From positions 1 to 58,979 of the forward strand of contig JAGYMQ010000090.1 in assembly GCA_018400535.1 (NCBI GenBank): 58,979 nucleotides of DNA. The letters are read 5' to 3'. The notes beneath the pieces are model-generated. The model searched no databases. It saw only the letters and a program-made list of their open reading frames with translations, and had not been told where the DNA came from. Numbering within the stretch: the stretch's first letter is position 1; every line of letters begins with the position of its first letter. The position numbers and the translations under genes were made by a program. Shown piece by piece: positions 28,443 to 38,649 of the stretch. The DNA comes from Candidatus Cloacimonadota bacterium. Lineage in GTDB: Bacteria; Cloacimonadota; Cloacimonadia; Cloacimonadales; TCS61.

Positions 28443-28728
28443 TTTATTGCACCTGACGAGAAAAGCAGGAAAATTACAATTTGGATTCGATGCCTGCGAA
28501 CGTTCTTGTTTGCGGGGCAAGGCAAAATTATTGATCTACGCTTCTGACTTGAAAGATAGAAGAAAAAGAGATTACGTCACGATGGCAGAAGCTTTTAATG
28601 TTAAGATTATTGAATTTGCCAGCAAACAGACTTTCCAAGAATCTTTCAAAATGCGCAAAGTGGGTATTTTATCCATCGAAGATAAAAATTTTGCGAAAGG
28701 CATCACAGCAAAATTGGAGGAACAATGA
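28420..28728 (+). CDS. L7Ae/YlxQ-family RNA-binding protein
   Basis: 102 aa. LTRKAGKLQFG...LLIYASD is L7Ae-like. Canonical position before infB. Confidence 0.8.
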   Translation: MQKEKILSLLHLTRKAGKLQFGFDACERSCLRGKAKLLIYASDLKDRRKRDYVTMAEAFNVKIIEFASKQTFQESFKMRKVGILSIEDKNFAKGITAKLEEQ

Positions 28729-31196
28729 CAATACGAGTGCATCAACTGGCGAAAGAGCTAAAAATTTCGACTGCAGCTCTCAAAAAACATTTGGCTGATA
28801 TGGGCATCCATGTCAAAAGTCATATGAGCCCACTTAATGATGAAATTGTGAAAAAGATCAGATCAATGTTTCAGCAGCAAACGGCGTCCATCAAACAAAG
28901 ACAGCATGATAGTGAAGCATATCATAAAAAGATCACATTACGGAAAGTAAAGCAAGGAAAAGTGGCGAAAAAAGATTCCCAAAAAGACAAAAAAGAAATT
29001 CCGAAAGAAACAGTTAAAAACAAAGAGAAAAAGCAGAAACCAAAAATAGAAAAGAAAAAACAGGAACAAAAACCAGAGGAAAAAAAGACACCTCCCAAAA
29101 AATCAAAAGAAATCCCTACTTATATCAAAAAAGATATTAAAAAGAAAAAAAAGCGGAAAACAAAAGTCGAAAAAAAATCACCAGAAAAAAAAGCACCACC
29201 GAAGCAACCAGAAGTCATTCCAGAAAATATTTCAAAACGCGAACGAAAAAGAAGAGAAAAAGAACAGAAAGAGCAAGAAGAAAAGAAATTTGGATTCGCA
29301 AAGAAACATTTCAAAAAATCGAAGAAGAAAAAAACTTCCGAACAAGAAGAAGCTGAAATTACGAAAAACATAAAAAAAACATTGAAAGCAACAGCAAAGA
29401 GAAAAAAGAAATATAAAAAAGATAAAACCGATAGAAAGGAAGATGCAAAAATCGTCGTTAATGAATTTACTTCTGTCAGCGAATTGGCAAAATTGATGAA
29501 TATCGCTCCGACAGAAATTATCGCCAAATTCTTTAATCTGGGTCAAATGGTAACGATCAATCAAAGGCTGGATAAAGATTCTCTGGAAATGATCTGTGAT
29601 GAATTTGATTTTGATGTCGAATTCCGCGATGAATATGGCACTGACATTATCAAAGAAGAAAAAGCTGAAGTTCTGGAAGAAGCAAACAAAGAACTAAGAC
29701 CGCCCATCGTGACCGTGATGGGACACGTCGATCATGGAAAAACCGCCATCCTGGACCGAATCCGCGAAACGAATATCGTTGCCGGCGAAGCCGGCGGGAT
29801 CACGCAACACATCGGTGCTTATCAGGTTAGTTTTAATGATCAAAAGATCACCTTTCTTGATACGCCAGGACACGAAGCTTTTGCCGCAATGCGCGCTCGC
29901 GGTGCAAATATTACGGATATCGCTGTCATTGTCGTCGCTGCAAATGAAAGTGTGAAGCAACAAACGATCGAGGCAATTGATCATGCCCGGGCGGCTGGAG
30001 TTTCCATTATTGTAGCAATAAACAAAATCGATCTCAAAGATGCTAACGTAGATCGCACTATCTCTGATCTGATGCGACAAAATGTGATGCTAGAAGATTA
30101 TGGCGGAGATATTCTCTGGGTAAAATGTTCAGCAAAAACAGGGGAAGGAATAAACGAATTATTGGAAATGATATTACTTTCAGCTGAAATAGCAGAACTT
30201 CAAGCAGCTTATGATGTTCCAGGAAAAGGAATTGTTATCGAAGCGAAAAAAGATGATCGGATGGGAACGATCGCAACAACTCTTCTGCAAGAAGGCATTT
30301 TGGAAAAATCTGATAATATTGTCTGCGGTGCCACTTATGGCCGCATCCGCAAAATGGAAAATGAACGCGGTAAAGAACTGGAAAAGATCCTGCCATCAGA
30401 CGTAGCTGTAATATTTGGATTAAATAATGTTCCCAAAGCAGGAGATATCATTAATAAAGTGGAAGATGAAAAAACGGCACGATCGATCGGAATGGAACGG
30501 ATGCATGTTCGCAAGGAAAGAGAACGATATCAAAGCAAAACTAATCTGGATAATCTTTACCAAAAGATCAAAGAAGAAAAAATGTCAGAATTGAAATTGG
30601 TTGTTAAAGGAGATACAGATGGCTCTGTAGAAGCTCTTTGCGATTCTTTCCAAAAATTGAGCACCGAAGAAGTTGCCGTCAATATCATCCACAAAGCTGT
30701 GGGCGGAATAAACGAAGCCGATGTGAATCTAGCAGCGGCATCAAATGCTATCATCATCGGATTTCATGTGCGAACGCAGAGTTCTGCTCGCCACCTTGCA
30801 GAAGAAGAAAATATTGATATTAAAAATTACAAGATCATATACGAAGCGATCGAAGACATCAAAAATGCTATGCAGGGAATGTTGCGTCCAAAATTTGTGG
30901 AAAAATCTCTGGGTAGCGCTGTCGTGAAACAAATATTCCGCATTTCTGGCGTTGGCACGATTGCCGGCTGTGCTGTCGAAAAAGGTAAGATCACAAACAG
31001 CGGGAAAGTTAGACTATATCGCAATGATATTCAAATACATGAAGGTGATCTGGCATCATTGAAGCATTATCAGGACGAAGTGAAAGAAGTGAAAGCAGGA
31101 AGTGAATGTGGCATCGGCATTAAAGATTATAATGATCTTAAAACAGGTGATCTTATCGAGAATTTTGTCATGGAAAAAGTAGAACGAAAATTATAG
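28725..31196 (+). CDS. infB: Translation initiation factor IF-2
   Basis: 823 aa. Lys/Glu-rich N-terminal region. G-domain motifs [13 protein letters not shown] and NKID. Confidence 0.97.
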   Translation: MTIRVHQLAKELKISTAALKKHLADMGIHVKSHMSPLNDEIVKKIRSMFQQQTASIKQRQHDSEAYHKKITLRKVKQGKVAKKDSQKDKKEIPKETVKNKEKKQKPKIEKKKQEQKPEEKKTPPKKSKEIPTYIKKDIKKKKKRKTKVEKKSPEKKAPPKQPEVIPENISKRERKRREKEQKEQEEKKFGFAKKHFKKSKKKKTSEQEEAEITKNIKKTLKATAKRKKKYKKDKTDRKEDAKIVVNEFTSVSELAKLMNIAPTEIIAKFFNLGQMVTINQRLDKDSLEMICDEFDFDVEFRDEYGTDIIKEEKAEVLEEANKELRPPIVTVMGHVDHGKTAILDRIRETNIVAGEAGGITQHIGAYQVSFNDQKITFLDTPGHEAFAAMRARGANITDIAVIVVAANESVKQQTIEAIDHARAAGVSIIVAINKIDLKDANVDRTISDLMRQNVMLEDYGGDILWVKCSAKTGEGINELLEMILLSAEIAELQAAYDVPGKGIVIEAKKDDRMGTIATTLLQEGILEKSDNIVCGATYGRIRKMENERGKELEKILPSDVAVIFGLNNVPKAGDIINKVEDEKTARSIGMERMHVRKERERYQSKTNLDNLYQKIKEEKMSELKLVVKGDTDGSVEALCDSFQKLSTEEVAVNIIHKAVGGINEADVNLAAASNAIIIGFHVRTQSSARHLAEEENIDIKNYKIIYEAIEDIKNAMQGMLRPKFVEKSLGSAVVKQIFRISGVGTIAGCAVEKGKITNSGKVRLYRNDIQIHEGDLASLKHYQDEVKEVKAGSECGIGIKDYNDLKTGDLIENFVMEKVERKL

Positions 31197-31208
31197 GCAG
31201 GTGATATT

Positions 31209-31568
31209 ATGTCTAATATTCATATCAAGCGCATGGAAAGTGCATTAAAAAAATTGATAAGCAACACCTTGAATTTTAAAATGCGTGATAAAAATTTACA
31301 ATTTATCACCATTACAGACATCGAATTGACAAACGATCTTTCCTATCTGAAGATCTACTATTCCCATCTGGAAGATGACAGAAAGGAAAATGTGCAAAAT
31401 GCTTTGGATGGTTCGGTTGGCTTCCTGAAAAACGAAATTGCCAAAGCAAAACTGATGCGAAAAATCCCAGAGCTTGTTTTCAAATATGATGAAGTTGAAG
31501 AAAAAGCAAGAAATCTGGAAACCATTTTTGCCAGAATCCATTCAGAAAATGAAAGGAAACAAAAATGA
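31209..31568 (+). CDS. rbfA: Ribosome-binding factor A
   Basis: 119 aa with a KH-like fold. Synteny after infB. Confidence 0.88.
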   Translation: MSNIHIKRMESALKKLISNTLNFKMRDKNLQFITITDIELTNDLSYLKIYYSHLEDDRKENVQNALDGSVGFLKNEIAKAKLMRKIPELVFKYDEVEEKARNLETIFARIHSENERKQK

Positions 31569-32548
31569 ATCAAGATATGGCAGAGCTGAAAAATGAATTG
31601 GGTTCAGCAATTGAAAAATTTGACTCTATTTGCATTTTAACACATAAAAATCCTGATGGTGATGGATTGCCAGCATCTTTGGCTTTGCAAGAGCTCATTC
31701 GAAGCAAAGGAAAAAAAGCCGATGTGCTTTTGGAATATGAAGCTCCACCTCTCTATGATTTTTTGGCAGGACGACAACGCACAAAAGTTTATTCAGGTCA
31801 TTTTCTCTATGATTTGATCATTATCCTCGATTGTCATGAGATCGAAAGGATCGGAAAATGTGCACCACTATTACACACTGCGCAAAAGATCATTGCAATT
31901 GATCATCATCCCCAAAGAGAATTGATCAAAGAAGCTTATACTTTTATTGATACTAAAAGCGTTTCTGTGGGAACGATCATTTTTGAAATCTTTGAAAATG
32001 AAATGGACGATCTGCGGCCAAGATCTTCCAAATTTATCGCTGAAGCTATTTACACGACGATCTTGAATGATACGAATAATTTCATCAACGCTAATACAGA
32101 TCAAAAAACTTTTGAGATCGTTGCCAAACTTTTCCGATATGATCTTGTGCCTGGCGAGATCGCTGAATTTTTTCTGATGAATAAAACGCCAGATTATATG
32201 CGTTTCTTGGGTGAAGCGCTATCCACGATCCAAACCTATCAAGATGATCAGATCCTTTTTCTGGATGTGAAACTCGCTATGTTGAAACGAAATAGATTAT
32301 CAAATGAAGATACTTCAAAGATCACCAGTTGGGTGAAAGGCACAAAAAAAGTGAAAGTAATCGTTTGTTTCCAGGAAATTAGACAAGATCGCTTTCGTCT
32401 CAGTCTGCGATCAAATGTTATCGATGTTAATAAGATCGCCACAAAATATGGTGGCGGCGGCCATCAAAAAGCTTCTGGCTGTGAAATTAAAGGTGAATTA
32501 AAGAAAATTAAAAGAGGAATTTTGGACGATATTTATGAACAATTATAA
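31565..32548 (+). CDS. nrnA: DHH/DHHA1 phosphoesterase (NrnA-like oligoribonuclease/pAp phosphatase)
   Basis: 327 aa with HKNPDGDG, AIDHH and GGGGHQKASG motifs. ATGA overlap with rbfA. Confidence 0.8.
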   Translation: MNQDMAELKNELGSAIEKFDSICILTHKNPDGDGLPASLALQELIRSKGKKADVLLEYEAPPLYDFLAGRQRTKVYSGHFLYDLIIILDCHEIERIGKCAPLLHTAQKIIAIDHHPQRELIKEAYTFIDTKSVSVGTIIFEIFENEMDDLRPRSSKFIAEAIYTTILNDTNNFINANTDQKTFEIVAKLFRYDLVPGEIAEFFLMNKTPDYMRFLGEALSTIQTYQDDQILFLDVKLAMLKRNRLSNEDTSKITSWVKGTKKVKVIVCFQEIRQDRFRLSLRSNVIDVNKIATKYGGGGHQKASGCEIKGELKKIKRGILDDIYEQL

Positions 32549-33401
32549 AATTAAAAGTGGATTTCTTTTGGTTGATAAACCTGAAGGGATGCCTTCTTTC
32601 AGCCTCGTCAAAAGAATCCGTAAGATTACAAAGATAAAGAAGATCGGTCACACCGGAACTCTCGATCCGTTTGCCTCAGGCTTGATGATCGTTTGTTTGG
32701 GAAAAGCTACAAAACTTGCCTCCAAGCTGATCACAGAAACAAAAGAATATGAAGTTAAAATGAAACTCGGCATCAAAACTGAAAGTGGAGACCTTTATAC
32801 TGATGTGCTCAAGATCAATGATCATCCAAATATCACAGAAGCTGATCTGGAAAAGATCAAACCGAAGATCCTAGCCATGAAAGAACAAGTTCCACCGCAA
32901 TATTCAGCAGTGAAATATAAAGGGAAACCAGCTTATACATACGCTCGTAAAAATGAAAAAATCCCTTTGAAACCAAAACCGATCAAGATCTATGATCTGG
33001 AATTTCAGAAGATCGATCTTCCCTACATCCATTATAAAACCTGTGTGAGCAAAGGCACTTATATTCGGGTGCTAACAGAAGACATCGCAAAAGAATTGAA
33101 CACGATCGCAGTCACTTCTGGTTTGCGCAGAACAAAGATCAGCAACTATGATCTTTCAAAAGCAACAAAATTGAAATCCTTACAACCAAATAACTGGAAG
33201 AAAAAATTGATTGAGATCGCTGATTTTATGACTGATTATCCCACGATAAAGATCCGAAAAGTCTATGCTTTCAGACATGGTAGCGAAATCGAGGTTGATG
33301 CTCCTGATGAAGAAGAAGTGATGGTTTTGAACAAAGGGAAATGCATCGGTTTTGGCAAGATCAAAAATGGTGTTTTATTTCCCCAGAAAGTATTTATCTA
33401 A
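32535..33401 (+). CDS. truB: tRNA pseudouridine-55 synthase
   Basis: 288 aa. GFLLVDKPEGMPSF and GHTGTLDPFASGLM (catalytic Asp). Confidence 0.94.
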   Translation: MNNYKIKSGFLLVDKPEGMPSFSLVKRIRKITKIKKIGHTGTLDPFASGLMIVCLGKATKLASKLITETKEYEVKMKLGIKTESGDLYTDVLKINDHPNITEADLEKIKPKILAMKEQVPPQYSAVKYKGKPAYTYARKNEKIPLKPKPIKIYDLEFQKIDLPYIHYKTCVSKGTYIRVLTEDIAKELNTIAVTSGLRRTKISNYDLSKATKLKSLQPNNWKKKLIEIADFMTDYPTIKIRKVYAFRHGSEIEVDAPDEEEVMVLNKGKCIGFGKIKNGVLFPQKVFI

Positions 33402-33458
33402 CTTTCCTGACTTCGCCAATATGTAACAATTAAAAAATAAATTTCGATAGATTTTCCT

Positions 33459-34394
33459 ATGAACTATTTTAAAAATCAGAACTGTCATTTCCTTGAACCA
33501 GTCGTGACGATGGGAACGTTTGACGGAGTTCATTTGGGACATCGCAAAGTTCTGGAAAAATTGACAGAACAAGCGAAAAAGCGAAAAAGGAAGTCTATCG
33601 TTATTTCTTATTTTCATCATCCTTTGGAAACGATCCACAAAAAAACTTTTCCCTATCTGCTTACCGAAAGAAAATATAAAGAGCAATTAATCAAAGAATT
33701 TGGAGTGGATTGTGTTCTATATTTAGATTTTAATCTGGAAATGGCTAAGATGCCTCCTTTGGAGTTCTTGCGCGAGATCATTATCAAAGAAGTGGGCGCA
33801 AAATCACTCATCATCGGATATGATACGCATTTCGGATGTGAACGGAAAGGTAATTATGGTTTTCTTAGAAAATATCAAAAAACATTTGAATATGAAACGA
33901 TCCTGGTCGAACCTTGCCGCATTAAAAATAAGATCGTGAGCAGCAGCTTGATCCGAGATCTTATTCGAGAAGGCGATATGAAAAACGCAGAAAAATTCCT
34001 GGGCAGAAATTATTTTCTTTTTGGAAAAGTGGAAAGTGGTGAACGTATCGGCAGAAGTCTCGGTTTTCCCACGATCAATATCAAGCCAATCGACAAAAAT
34101 AAATTGATCCCGGCACTCGGCGTTTACTTCTGCAAAGTGAATATCGCAGGAAAAATTTATCATGGAATTTCCAATATTGGATATGCACCTACTCTAAAAA
34201 AATCGCAGATAAAAGAAATAGAGACGCATCTTCTTGATTTTTCTGGTGATCTTTACCAAAAAAATGTGAAAATGTGTTTCCTGAAAAAGATCAGAGATGA
34301 AAAAAATTTTTCTCAAAAAGAAAAATTGATTGCTCAAATAAAAAAAGATGTGCAAAAAGCACGCAAATATTTTGCAAAAAGGTTGGAAAAATAG
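33459..34394 (+). CDS. ribF: Bifunctional riboflavin kinase / FMN adenylyltransferase
   Basis: 311 aa. TMGTFDGVHLGH at the N-terminus. GERIGRSLGFPTINI in the kinase domain. Confidence 0.93.
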   Translation: MNYFKNQNCHFLEPVVTMGTFDGVHLGHRKVLEKLTEQAKKRKRKSIVISYFHHPLETIHKKTFPYLLTERKYKEQLIKEFGVDCVLYLDFNLEMAKMPPLEFLREIIIKEVGAKSLIIGYDTHFGCERKGNYGFLRKYQKTFEYETILVEPCRIKNKIVSSSLIRDLIREGDMKNAEKFLGRNYFLFGKVESGERIGRSLGFPTINIKPIDKNKLIPALGVYFCKVNIAGKIYHGISNIGYAPTLKKSQIKEIETHLLDFSGDLYQKNVKMCFLKKIRDEKNFSQKEKLIAQIKKDVQKARKYFAKRLEK

Positions 34395-35729
34395 ATGTTC
34401 TTCTGTTCTGAATGTGGGGCCGAAACTTCTAAATGGAGTGGAAAATGCCCAGCTTGTGGAAGCTGGAACACTTTGAAAGAGATCACGAGTGTGACAGGGA
34501 AGAAAAGAAAAAAAAAGAAGATCGACAAATTGGTTTCCACGCCAGATAATATCGTGAAAAAATTGGATCAGATCAATATTCAAGAAAATAGCCGTCTCAA
34601 AACCGGAATTGATGAATTTGATGGCGTATTGGGTGGTGGTCTGGTGCCTGGAATGGTAACTTTGATCGGTGGTGAACCTGGAATCGGAAAATCGACGCTT
34701 CTTTTGCAGATTGCTGATAAATTGGCAGAAAAGAATCCGATCCTTTATGTGTCAGGAGAAGAAAGCGAACAGCAGATCAAATTGCGAAGTAAACGTCTAA
34801 ATTGTCAAGCTGTGGAACTTTATCTCTTTTGCACGACGGAATTGGAAGAATTGATCAATGCTTTGAATGAACTAAAACCGCAGGTTATCATCATTGATTC
34901 CATCCAATCTATTTACACGAATTCTTTAGACTCTGCGCCAGGCACGATTTCTCAATTGCGCGAATGCACCGCTCTCTTTACAAAAATTGCCAAAAAAACA
35001 GCTATCCCGATTTTTTTGATCGGACACATTACCAAAGAAGGTTCGGTGGCTGGCCCAAAGATCATTGAACACATGGTCGATACCGTGCTTTATTTCGAAG
35101 GTGAGATAAAAAATCAATATAAAATTTTACGCGCCACAAAAAATCGTTTTGGTTCGACGAACGAAATTGGAATATTTGAAATGCAGGCAACTGGATTGCA
35201 AGAGATTAAAAATCTTTCTCAACTATTCTTTGATCAGCATTCAAACATGACAGGAACTGCGATAGGGAGTTTGTTAGAAGGCTCGCGGGCCTTTCTCGTG
35301 GAAATTCAGGTTTTGGTTTCTCCCGCAAGCTATGGCACTTCGCAAAGAGTAGCTGTCGGGCTGGATCATCGAAAATTAAGCTTGCTGCTGGCTGTCATCG
35401 AAAAAAATCTGGGACTCGATCTGAAAAATAATGATGTTTTTTTGAAGATAAGCGGTGGACTAAAAGTGAATGACGCTGCTCTGGACCTTGCTATCATTGC
35501 TGCGATCATTTCCAGTTTTCGTGAAAAGCCGATCCAGCCAAATACACTTTTCATCGGCGAGATCAGTTTGAATGGTGAAGTGCGTCCCGTTTCACAGATC
35601 AATAAACGATTGAAAGAAGCAAAAAAAATTGGTTTTAACCGGATCATTATTTCACAGAGAACCAAAAACATCAGAACAAAAGTTCACAAGATCGATTATA
35701 TCAATGAAATTGACGGAGTTTTGTTTTAG
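34395..35729 (+). CDS. radA: DNA repair protein RadA/Sms
   Basis: 444 aa. Zinc finger CSECGAETSKWSGKCPACGSW, Walker A GEPGIGKST, KNRFG motif and a Lon-like C-terminus. Confidence 0.95.
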   Translation: MFFCSECGAETSKWSGKCPACGSWNTLKEITSVTGKKRKKKKIDKLVSTPDNIVKKLDQINIQENSRLKTGIDEFDGVLGGGLVPGMVTLIGGEPGIGKSTLLLQIADKLAEKNPILYVSGEESEQQIKLRSKRLNCQAVELYLFCTTELEELINALNELKPQVIIIDSIQSIYTNSLDSAPGTISQLRECTALFTKIAKKTAIPIFLIGHITKEGSVAGPKIIEHMVDTVLYFEGEIKNQYKILRATKNRFGSTNEIGIFEMQATGLQEIKNLSQLFFDQHSNMTGTAIGSLLEGSRAFLVEIQVLVSPASYGTSQRVAVGLDHRKLSLLLAVIEKNLGLDLKNNDVFLKISGGLKVNDAALDLAIIAAIISSFREKPIQPNTLFIGEISLNGEVRPVSQINKRLKEAKKIGFNRIIISQRTKNIRTKVHKIDYINEIDGVLF

Positions 35730-35972
35730 AAATTATTGCTCGATTTATCACTCATTAAACTGTCAATGAGCAAGAAAAGAGTAAGTTATTTTTTACTAAT
35801 TGCAATAACTGAACTTATTTCAAGATGATAATTCTTTGTTTATCCAAGATTACAAAATCAAAAAAAACCAATATTTTCATTTTGATGTAGCCAGGAGATA
35901 AAAACAAGAAAGGTTGACGGTTTAATTATAGAAAAAAATATAACAACGAAATTTTTTGATAGGAGAAAAATC

Positions 35973-36167
35973 ATGAAATTTGTTTTTGAAAAAACCAATA
36001 TCATCTTATTTGTCGTTGCTATTTTGGTGACGATCTTGGGTTATATTATCATGGCAACGGGTGACAATACGATATCACCGATCCTGCTCGTGATCGCTTA
36101 TATCATTCTGTTTCCAGCAGCGATAATCGTGGGCACGAAAAAAGCCGATCAAAAAGAAAAGCACTGA
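35973..36167 (+). CDS. Small two-TM membrane protein (DUF3098-like)
   Basis: 64 aa with two hydrophobic helices. AGGAGA RBS. Confidence 0.55.
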   Translation: MKFVFEKTNIILFVVAILVTILGYIIMATGDNTISPILLVIAYIILFPAAIIVGTKKADQKEKH

Positions 36168-36178
36168 TCTTATATTGT

Positions 36179-37066
36179 ATGAAAGAAAAATATTTTTCCG
36201 ATGAATTTCTGGTCAGCTTAGACAAGTTCAATCTTCGTGCTAGATTGATCGTCGAAGGATTTATCACTGGTTTACACAAATCACCTTATCATGGTTTCAG
36301 TGTGGAATTTTCCGATCATCGACAATATAATCCCGGTGATCCGATCAAAAATCTGGATTGGAAGGTCTTCGCTAAAACTAATCGCTATTACATAAAAAGA
36401 TTTGAAGAAGAAACTAATCTTCGTTCCTATCTCATTTTGGATCACAGTGCTTCGATGGGCTATCACTCGGGAAAAACTTCCAAACTGGAATATGCCAAAG
36501 CGATCGCCTCTGCTCTCACTTATTTGATGATCTCACAACAAGATGCAGTCGGTTTGCTTTCCTACACTGATAAGATAACAAATCTAATCCCGCCACGCTC
36601 GATGAAATCCTATTACAACGAGATAAATAAACACATTTTCAGTTTGGAAGCAACCGCAAAAACAAACACGATGGAAATTTTACATTCGCTGGCAGATCGC
36701 ATCAAAAAACGCAGTTTGATCATTCTTATTTCTGATATGATCGATGAGCCTGATATGATCTTGCAAGGATTACGTCACTTCCGTCACAATAAACATGAAA
36801 TCATTTTATTTCATATTCAAGATATCAAAGAGATCGATTTTGATTTTAAACGGGAGACACAATTTATCGATTCAGAAACAGGTGAAAAAGTAACGGTTTC
36901 TCCCTGGCAGATCAAAAAATATTATTCTCAAGCATATCAGGAAAATGTGGAATATCTAAAAAATCGTTGTCATCAGGCACACATTGAATACAATCCGATC
37001 ACGACGAATACTTCTTACGAAGAGATCTTATTGAATTATCTGATCAAGCGATCACGTTTGATGTAA
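36179..37066 (+). CDS. DUF58 domain protein (vWA-like, normally MoxR-associated)
   Basis: 295 aa. SPYHGFSVEFSDHRQYNPGDPIKNLDWKVFAKTNRYYIKRFEEE is the DUF58 hallmark. Confidence 0.85.
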   Translation: MKEKYFSDEFLVSLDKFNLRARLIVEGFITGLHKSPYHGFSVEFSDHRQYNPGDPIKNLDWKVFAKTNRYYIKRFEEETNLRSYLILDHSASMGYHSGKTSKLEYAKAIASALTYLMISQQDAVGLLSYTDKITNLIPPRSMKSYYNEINKHIFSLEATAKTNTMEILHSLADRIKKRSLIILISDMIDEPDMILQGLRHFRHNKHEIILFHIQDIKEIDFDFKRETQFIDSETGEKVTVSPWQIKKYYSQAYQENVEYLKNRCHQAHIEYNPITTNTSYEEILLNYLIKRSRLM

Positions 37067-37151
37067 ATCTTGATTTCTCAAATAAATATCTTGGATCAAA
37101 CTCAGAAATTTCCAAGAATCATTGTGGTTAATATTTTTAACAGGAGAAAAT

Positions 37152-37826
37152 ATGGCTCAAGTAAAATTGAATAAAGAAAGTCTGAAAAAAATTAGCGAAG
37201 CGGTCAGAAAAGCTGAAAGCAAAACCAGCGGAGAGATCGCCACTGCCGTCATCAAAGAAAGCTATGATTATGCGATCTATGAACTCATCTTTGCTGTGAT
37301 CACTGGCTTCATCTATCTCTTGATAATTATGATGTTCTATAATCCGATCACCGCTTGGCTGCAAAGTATTTTTTGGGATTATTCTCCCTTCTATCTTTTG
37401 ATGTTCTTTGGATTTTCCACTTTTATCGTCATCACGATTTTTTACTTTTTAGGAAACCTTCCGTTTCTCGATAGAATCATCGTATCCAAAAAAATTCGAA
37501 ACAAGAAAGTTAAAGAAAGAGCAATTCGACATTTTATGGAATCTGGAGTGGCAAACACGCGTGACCGAACTGGCATTCTCATTTTTGTTTCGCTTTTAGA
37601 AAAACGCGTAGAACTAATTGCTGATAGCGGAATCAATCGCAAAATCGATCAAATCCAGTGGCAACACATCGTGGATAACATTATCATCGGAATAAATGAA
37701 AAAAAATTTGTAGAAAATCTGGTGGATTCCATTACTGAATGCGGTGAAATATTGAAAAAACATTTCCCGATCAAGGAAGATGACACAAATGAACTTAAAA
37801 ATGATATCGAAATACTGGAGTCCTAA
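37152..37826 (+). CDS. TPM-domain (DUF477-like) membrane protein
   Basis: ATG at 37152 after an AGGAGA RBS. AESKTSGEIATAV, then TM helices, then a TPM-like C-terminal region with NTRDRTGILIFVSLLEKRVELIADSGI. Confidence 0.7.
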   Translation: MAQVKLNKESLKKISEAVRKAESKTSGEIATAVIKESYDYAIYELIFAVITGFIYLLIIMMFYNPITAWLQSIFWDYSPFYLLMFFGFSTFIVITIFYFLGNLPFLDRIIVSKKIRNKKVKERAIRHFMESGVANTRDRTGILIFVSLLEKRVELIADSGINRKIDQIQWQHIVDNIIIGINEKKFVENLVDSITECGEILKKHFPIKEDDTNELKNDIEILES

Positions 37827-37828
37827 AA

Positions 37829-38572
37829 ATGAAAAAAATATTATTTCTACTCACTATTTTCGTTACAATTCAATTATTCGCTTTGGATGTGCCAAAATTA
37901 CGCAAAAGAGTGAATGATAATGCAAATATCCTAACTCCCTATCAAGAAATGGAATTAGAACAAAAATTACAATCTGTCGAGACGCAGACTTCTTCTCAAA
38001 TCGCAGTATTAACGATCAGTTCTTTACAAGGAGAAAATCTGGAAGATTATTCAATGCGCGTGGCAGAACAATGGAAACTGGGTCAGCAAGAATTTGATAA
38101 CGGAGCATTGCTGCTGATCGCACTGAAAGAAAAAAAGATCAGGATCGAAGTGGGCTATGGATTGGAATCGATCATTACCGATCTCAAAAGTGGCTACATT
38201 ATCCGCAACTTAATCGTTCCATCTTTTAAAGAAGGAAATTATTTTCAGGGAGTTTCAGCAGGACTAACGGCGGTTTCAGGACTCATCACCGAAGAATTTG
38301 AGATCACTGATGAACAATTGCAGAAATATCAAGCTCAAAAAAAAGAAAATAAAAAAATCCATTTACCTTTTGGATTGATCGTATTTCTTTTTATGATCAT
38401 CTTTGGAGGTTTTGGCCGACGCCGACGAGGTGGACTTTTCACAGCGCTTTTCCTTGGTAGTATGCTAGGCGGAAGTGGACGCAGCAGTAGCGGATTTGGC
38501 GGCGGCGGATTTGGAGGATTCTCCGGCGGTGGCGGCGGATTCGGAGGAGGCGGTGCCTCTGGCGGCTGGTAA
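37829..38572 (+). CDS. TPM-domain protein, YgcG-like, with Gly-rich tail
   Basis: 247 aa. Signal peptide. VNDNANILTP...TSSQIAVLTI...GALLLIALKEKKIRIEVGYGLE. C-terminal TM helix plus GGGGFGG repeats. Confidence 0.85.
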   Translation: MKKILFLLTIFVTIQLFALDVPKLRKRVNDNANILTPYQEMELEQKLQSVETQTSSQIAVLTISSLQGENLEDYSMRVAEQWKLGQQEFDNGALLLIALKEKKIRIEVGYGLESIITDLKSGYIIRNLIVPSFKEGNYFQGVSAGLTAVSGLITEEFEITDEQLQKYQAQKKENKKIHLPFGLIVFLFMIIFGGFGRRRRGGLFTALFLGSMLGGSGRSSSGFGGGGFGGFSGGGGGFGGGGASGGW

Positions 38573-38649
38573 TATTGAGCTTCCTTTTCCCAAAAAATTT
38601 TGTCCTGATCCTGGCTTAAATTTCTGAAAAAAATTAACTCGAGGAAATA

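Noticed and set aside
28950-29450. A purine-rich, repetitive-looking stretch that could be mistaken for a tandem repeat or array.
   Set aside because: It is the in-frame Lys/Glu/Pro-rich linker of the IF-2 N-terminus. It has no fixed repeat unit or spacers.
38440-38572. A GGC/GGA-rich repeat at the end of the YgcG-like gene.
   Set aside because: It encodes the Gly-rich tail typical of this TPM family. It is coding low complexity, not a DNA repeat element.
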